Part shown: in pieces, positions 59,761 to 64,000 of the stretch | Layout: each line of letters starts with the position of its first letter | Numbering within the stretch: the first letter of the stretch is position 1 | NCBI GenBank assembly: GCA_943354045.1 | Contig: CALRBF010000002.1 | Coordinates: 60,726 to 124,725 of the forward strand | DNA: 64,000 bases | Direction of reading: 5' to 3' | From: Parcubacteria group bacterium | GTDB taxonomy: Bacteria; Patescibacteriota; Minisyncoccia; SW-4-49-11 | The notes under the pieces: model-generated | What the model was told of the DNA's origin: nothing | Databases searched by the model: none | Seen by the model: only the letters and a program-made list of their open reading frames with translations | Translations under genes and position numbers: made by a program

Positions 59761-60408
59761 TTAGATTATAGATTTACAGAAACTTACTCGATGTATATCG
59801 GATAATGTATAATCTTTAATTGCCTGAATATGATGGACTGTACCATACCCTTTATGCTGATCAAAGCCATATTGGGGATATTGATTATGATATTCTTGCA
59901 TAATATTATCCCGAGTAACTTTTGCATAAATAGAAGCAAGGGCAATGCTGAGATGCTTATTATCTCCTTTGATAATAGGCATATGTGGGTATTCTATTCC
60001 TACTGGTGCAATATTACCATCAATCAAAATACCGATATGAGCATCTAGTGGTAATTGCAATAGACATTCGTCAAGAGCCTGTAGCCAAGCTAATTTGGTG
60101 GCTTCTAATATATTAATTTTATCAATAATTTGTGCAGATATAATACCAGTACCAATATGATACTTTCCCTGTATGGTATCATATATTGCCTGTCTCCTTT
60201 TGGCTGTTACTTTTTTTGAATCTTGAATATATTGTAAAGGGTCTTGATACCAAATGTCTTGGGATAATAGGTCAGGTGTTAAAGCAATAGCAGAGGCAAC
60301 AACTGGCCCCGCTAATGGCCCCCTTCCTGCCTCATCAATACCAATAATATAATTAATCCCCCATTTATCAATATATGTTGTATCTCCTTTTTGCAGGATA
60401 GATATCAT
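59761..60408 (-). CDS. rnhB: Ribonuclease HII
   Basis: GIDEAGRGPLAGPVVASA, DSKK. Confidence 0.9.
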   Translation of the reverse strand: MISILQKGDTTYIDKWGINYIIGIDEAGRGPLAGPVVASAIALTPDLLSQDIWYQDPLQYIQDSKKVTAKRRQAIYDTIQGKYHIGTGIISAQIIDKINILEATKLAWLQALDECLLQLPLDAHIGILIDGNIAPVGIEYPHMPIIKGDNKHLSIALASIYAKVTRDNIMQEYHNQYPQYGFDQHKGYGTVHHIQAIKDYTLSDIHRVSFCKSII

Positions 60409-60409
60409 A

Positions 60410-60910
60410 TTAGAGAACCTTTAATTCATTAAAAGCCTGTTTATAAATATCAATAGCTTGTTTTGTCTTGGTTTCAGTTAAAACAAATTCGGTAGTATGT
60501 ACAAGGTGATTGCGAAGTCTATGAGCTTGCCACACATTATCAATACTTGGTAATTGTGATACTGGTATTGCTTTTAATCGTTCTCCCATTGTTGCCCCCG
60601 GAATAGTTAATTTTTTAAGCACAGTATCAAGTAATTTATCTGCCTCTATTACCGCTAATTTATAATTTGCTTCATCTTTGGTCGCGAGTCTCTTGATGAT
60701 AGATTCCCACTCTTTATTCACAGTAAAGCTTTGACTTATATCACCAGCGGCTGGTAATTTTCTATACCCAATAAATATATTATAAATTTTCTTTTGCCAA
60801 AATTCAGTTTTGACTGCAAAATAAATAATAAATACAAACATTATCCAAGAAGCAACTCCTGCTATAAGTTTAATTACTAATAATAGAATATTAATTATTG
60901 TTTCTAGCAT
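60410..60910 (-). CDS. Hypothetical membrane-anchored protein (166 aa)
   Basis: ORF with N-terminal TM helix; no family recognised. 20-nt overlap with gatA. Confidence 0.4.
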   Translation of the reverse strand: MLETIINILLLVIKLIAGVASWIMFVFIIYFAVKTEFWQKKIYNIFIGYRKLPAAGDISQSFTVNKEWESIIKRLATKDEANYKLAVIEADKLLDTVLKKLTIPGATMGERLKAIPVSQLPSIDNVWQAHRLRNHLVHTTEFVLTETKTKQAIDIYKQAFNELKVL

Positions 60911-62342
60911 ATCTTATATTATCTATAGCATTCGCTAAGGTTAATAATGTTTGTTCCTGAAAATGATTTGTCATTAACTGAAACCCTATTGGTAATCCTG
61001 CATTCGATAAAGTTGGTACTGATATTCCTGGTATTCCTGCCAAATTGGTCGCAACAGTAAATATATCCTCCAAATACATTGATACTGGATTATTTACTTT
61101 TTCTCCAATTGCAAAAGCAGTATGGGGAGAAGTCGGGGTAATAATAGCATCAACTTGCTTGAATACATTAGTGAAATCTTGTCTTATCATAGCTTGCACT
61201 TGTTTTGCCTTTCCATAATATGATTCATAATATCCACTTGATAATACATAAGTTCCAAGCATAATACGCCGTAATGGTTCATTACCAAACCCTTTAGCTC
61301 GGCTAGCCTTATATACCTCTTGTAAATCTTGAGATTGTTCTAATTCAGATAATCCATAGCGTATCCCATCAAAACGAGCAAGATTAGTACTTACTTCAGC
61401 AGGCATAATAATATAATATGTTGGAACTGCATATTGAGTGTGTGGCAAATTCACTTCTACAAATTCAACTCCTAATTTTTTATATTCCTCAATTATCTCA
61501 TCAATTGCTGACTTTACTTCCGTATCTATTCCATCAATAAAGTATTCTTTTGGGATACCGACTTTCAATCCTTTTACATCTGCTTTTCTGATAGATTCAA
61601 TATCCAATAGTTGATTGGCAGCTAATTCTGCTGAAGTAGCATCCATACTATCTTTACCCTCAATAATATTTAATATATGAGCGGTATCCATAACATTATG
61701 AGCAAATGGCCCAATTTGATCTAGTGAAGACGCCATTGCAATTAGTCCAAATCTTGATACCCGTCCATATGTTGGTTTTAAGCCGACAGTTCCTGTAAGT
61801 GATGCTGGTTGCCTGATAGACCCACCTGTATCAGAACCGATTGAAATCATAGCCATATTAGCAGCTACACTCGCAGCAGAACCTCCAGAGGACCCTCCAG
61901 GAACTCTATTCGTATCAGTAGGATTACGGGTAGGACCAAAAGCTGAATTTTCAGTAGAGGCACCCATGGCAAATTCATCTAAATTTGTTTTTCCCATAAA
62001 AATAACTCCTTCCTTTTTAAGCTTTTGAATTACTGTAGCATCATAAGTAGCGGTATAATCTTCTAATATGCGAGAAGAGGCCGTAGCTTTATGTCCTTCA
62101 ATCAAAATCGCATCTTTAACCGAAATAGGTATTCCTTCTAATAATCCAATTGACTCTCCCTTAGCTAATTTAGCATCAAGCAATTCAGCTTGTTTTAAAG
62201 CCTCATCAGTAAATACTTCTGTATAGGCATTAATAGTCTTATCCTCTGCATCAATGGTTGCTATAATCTCTTTTACAGTCTCAGTCGCTGTAGTTTTAGA
62301 GTCTTTATATGATTTATGTAATTCTTCTATTGATATTGCCAT
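60891..62342 (-). CDS. gatA: Glutamyl-tRNA(Gln) amidotransferase subunit A
   Basis: Amidase signature GGSSGGSAASVAA with catalytic Ser. K...S-cis-S triad context. Confidence 0.95.
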   Translation of the reverse strand: MAISIEELHKSYKDSKTTATETVKEIIATIDAEDKTINAYTEVFTDEALKQAELLDAKLAKGESIGLLEGIPISVKDAILIEGHKATASSRILEDYTATYDATVIQKLKKEGVIFMGKTNLDEFAMGASTENSAFGPTRNPTDTNRVPGGSSGGSAASVAANMAMISIGSDTGGSIRQPASLTGTVGLKPTYGRVSRFGLIAMASSLDQIGPFAHNVMDTAHILNIIEGKDSMDATSAELAANQLLDIESIRKADVKGLKVGIPKEYFIDGIDTEVKSAIDEIIEEYKKLGVEFVEVNLPHTQYAVPTYYIIMPAEVSTNLARFDGIRYGLSELEQSQDLQEVYKASRAKGFGNEPLRRIMLGTYVLSSGYYESYYGKAKQVQAMIRQDFTNVFKQVDAIITPTSPHTAFAIGEKVNNPVSMYLEDIFTVATNLAGIPGISVPTLSNAGLPIGFQLMTNHFQEQTLLTLANAIDNIRYARNNN

Positions 62343-62343
62343 A

Positions 62344-62634
62344 TTATTTCTTCAATACTGATTTGACTACTAAATATCCTCCTTCTGTAAGTGGCATTTC
62401 TGCAATAATATTTTGCTTTACATTATCACTAAATCGAGGATTATCAGTAAAACCGATATCTTGTCTCAACGTTTGAGTATGATACTCCGGAATTGTCTCA
62501 GATTCAAGATTCAAATCAGATAAGGTATTCACATATTCTAGAATATTTCCAAAATCTTGTTGTAACATAGCATCTCTTTCATCTGAAAGATTAATATGAG
62601 CAAGATTTGCAATTGTTTTCACATTATAATCCAT
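62344..62634 (-). CDS. gatC: Glutamyl-tRNA(Gln) amidotransferase subunit C
   Basis: 96 aa; IANLAHINLSDE..., position immediately upstream of gatA. Confidence 0.85.
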   Translation of the reverse strand: MDYNVKTIANLAHINLSDERDAMLQQDFGNILEYVNTLSDLNLESETIPEYHTQTLRQDIGFTDNPRFSDNVKQNIIAEMPLTEGGYLVVKSVLKK

Positions 62635-62635
62635 A

Positions 62636-63652
62636 TTACTGTATTAATATTTTAAACTCTTCTACCATATCAACTGGAGTAGGATCAATACCATAAGCCA
62701 ATGCTAAATAATATGCCGTCCAATCTCCAATCAATGTCATAGCAACTAAATTAGCAAGGTGATTCCCAAAGTCAGGTACCATAATATCTTGTATAGCAAG
62801 GCCTCTGGATTCGAATAATTGTTGTAATTTTTGAAATCTCAAAATATTGCGAGACTTTTCAACTTCATTATGAATAAATACAAATTGAAAATTTGCCTGC
62901 GGATTCGTAAACCCTACCATTTCATTATGATTAAGTTCTGGTATATAATTCCAAAAAGCAGGAGTTTTTGCATTCTCATTAATTTTAATTTTCCAAAGAT
63001 GTGCTACTAATTTATATTCTTGAGTAGCATAAATAACTGGGGTTTTTCCTTTTATTGTGTCAGCCAAAGCTTTTCCCTGTTCCTCAAATACCTGAGGGTT
63101 AATAGCCTGTACATATTCAATACATTTTTGCCTTATATCAGCTGTTGTAATACCATATTGAATAAGTACTTCAATAATTGCTTTCAAAAGATAAAGCGTA
63201 GCATATCTTGGTTGAAACTGGGGGTCAGGATTTGGAATAATAATATAAGGTTTGTCGAGTTCCTGAGCTCGAGATATAAGAGCTCCTCCCGCTGCCAAAG
63301 CAATCACCGTATATCCCTTTTCTATTGCGGCATTATAGGCTGACAATGTCTCCTCGGTATTTCCTGAATAACTAATAGCTAATATAAGAGATGTCTCTTT
63401 GATATGACGAGATAATCCATAACCTCTATGTATAAAAATAGGATATTGAGTCTCATCTTCTACAAATTGAAATAGTGTCTCTGATAATAATTCAGCAGGT
63501 AAGGCAGATCCTCCCATCCCATTGATAACAATATTATCAAATTTTTTTGTAATATTTTCTGAATTAGCAATAGTATAACTATAATTCACCTGATTAATAG
63601 AGTCAAGAATTACCTGTCTTAAATTTGATATATCGAGATTAATGTTGCTCAT
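62636..63652 (-). CDS. SIS-domain bifunctional phosphoglucose/phosphomannose isomerase (archaeal-type PGI/PMI)
   Basis: IVINGMGGSALPAELL and ISYSGNTEETL SIS motifs. About 330 aa with a C-terminal PGI/PMI domain. Confidence 0.7.
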   Translation of the reverse strand: MSNINLDISNLRQVILDSINQVNYSYTIANSENITKKFDNIVINGMGGSALPAELLSETLFQFVEDETQYPIFIHRGYGLSRHIKETSLILAISYSGNTEETLSAYNAAIEKGYTVIALAAGGALISRAQELDKPYIIIPNPDPQFQPRYATLYLLKAIIEVLIQYGITTADIRQKCIEYVQAINPQVFEEQGKALADTIKGKTPVIYATQEYKLVAHLWKIKINENAKTPAFWNYIPELNHNEMVGFTNPQANFQFVFIHNEVEKSRNILRFQKLQQLFESRGLAIQDIMVPDFGNHLANLVAMTLIGDWTAYYLALAYGIDPTPVDMVEEFKILIQ

Positions 63653-63702
63653 AGTCTATTTCTATTTCTTATCTTATTATTCTTAGTATATCATTAAGAT
63701 TA

Positions 63703-64000
63703 TCAAAATACTACCTTGAATACATCTTCAAATCCTTCTACCAATACGAATTCTATTTCATCTCTTACACTTTGTGGAATTTCTTCTACATCAGCTTTAT
63801 TAGATTTTGGAATAATAATAGTCTTAATACCAGCTCTATGTGCTTCAAGTACTTTATTCTTAAGTCCACCGATTTTCAAAGCTTTTCCTCGTATATTAAT
63901 CTCCCCTGTCATAGCAACTATACGCTTGACTTTTTTCTTGGTCAATGCTGAGAGAATTGAAGTTGCAATAGCAAGTCCTGCAGAAGGACCATCTTTTTGT
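63703..64000 (-). CDS. lon: Lon protease, C-terminal proteolytic domain fragment (gene continues beyond window end)
   Basis: KDGPSAGLAIATSILSALTKKKV...AMTGEINIRGKALKIGGLKNKVLEAHRAGIKTIIIPKSN matches the Lon S16 catalytic Ser/Lys region. Confidence 0.85.
   Translation of the reverse strand, partial: QKDGPSAGLAIATSILSALTKKKVKRIVAMTGEINIRGKALKIGGLKNKVLEAHRAGIKTIIIPKSNKADVEEIPQSVRDEIEFVLVEGFEDVFKVVF

Noticed and set aside
1-64000. Alternative genetic code (UGA=Gly, code 25) as seen in some CPR lineages
   Set aside because: Long ORFs (927, 830, 1450 aa) are intact under the standard code and stops include TGA-terminated frames consistent with normal usage; no evidence of in-frame TGA read-through.
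1-64000. CRISPR arrays, rRNA genes, transposases/integrases
   Set aside because: No regularly spaced direct repeats, no rRNA-like conserved segments, and no DDE/tyrosine-recombinase motifs found in any ORF.

Overview
The window is AT-rich (roughly 33-36% GC) bacterial chromosomal DNA read in the standard genetic code; long ORFs, including one of 1450 aa, are intact, which argues against a UGA-recoded lineage. Gene content and style point to a reduced-genome CPR/Patescibacteria-like organism. Supporting this are a short 576-aa AlaRS without the C-Ala domain, a tRNA without an encoded CCA, and a small RNase P RNA. Further support comes from PF18895-style type IV secretion system pilins, a giant protein, and weak or absent Shine-Dalgarno sequences. 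Housekeeping genes are dense and mostly on the minus strand. They include alaS, the rpsL-rpsG-fusA str operon, gyrA, gatB with gatC-gatA at a separate locus, metG, greA, a priA-like gene, def-fmt, recJ, eno, ftsK, dprA, tsaC/sua5, rnhB and the 3' end of lon. Accessory and unusual content includes: (i) a roughly 7.2 kb minus-strand operon (24018-31245) running SAM-methyltransferase, orphan solute-binding protein, pilin fused to a lytic transglycosylase-like domain, a surface beta-propeller-like protein and five more VirB2/TrbC-like pilin paralogs, three of them with Cys-rich ectodomains, plus an internal terminator; (ii) a higher-GC two-gene islet (21920-23957) flanked by terminators; (iii) a tRNA-Ser(GGA) with degenerate copies of its 3' end about 1 kb away bracketing a single membrane-protein gene, consistent with an integration hotspot or remnant; (iv) a family of short GC-rich hairpin repeats in intergenic regions; (v) an RNase P RNA (rnpB) not present in the ORF track; (vi) an ORF-less unit bracketed by a promoter and a terminator, a candidate sRNA; (vii) a tandem receiver protein in which both phospho-acceptor Asp residues are replaced; (viii) a PriA homologue with degenerate Walker A/B motifs; (ix) a 1450-aa two-TM giant protein followed by a small acidic His-rich protein. 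No CRISPR array, rRNA or recognisable transposase/integrase was seen.
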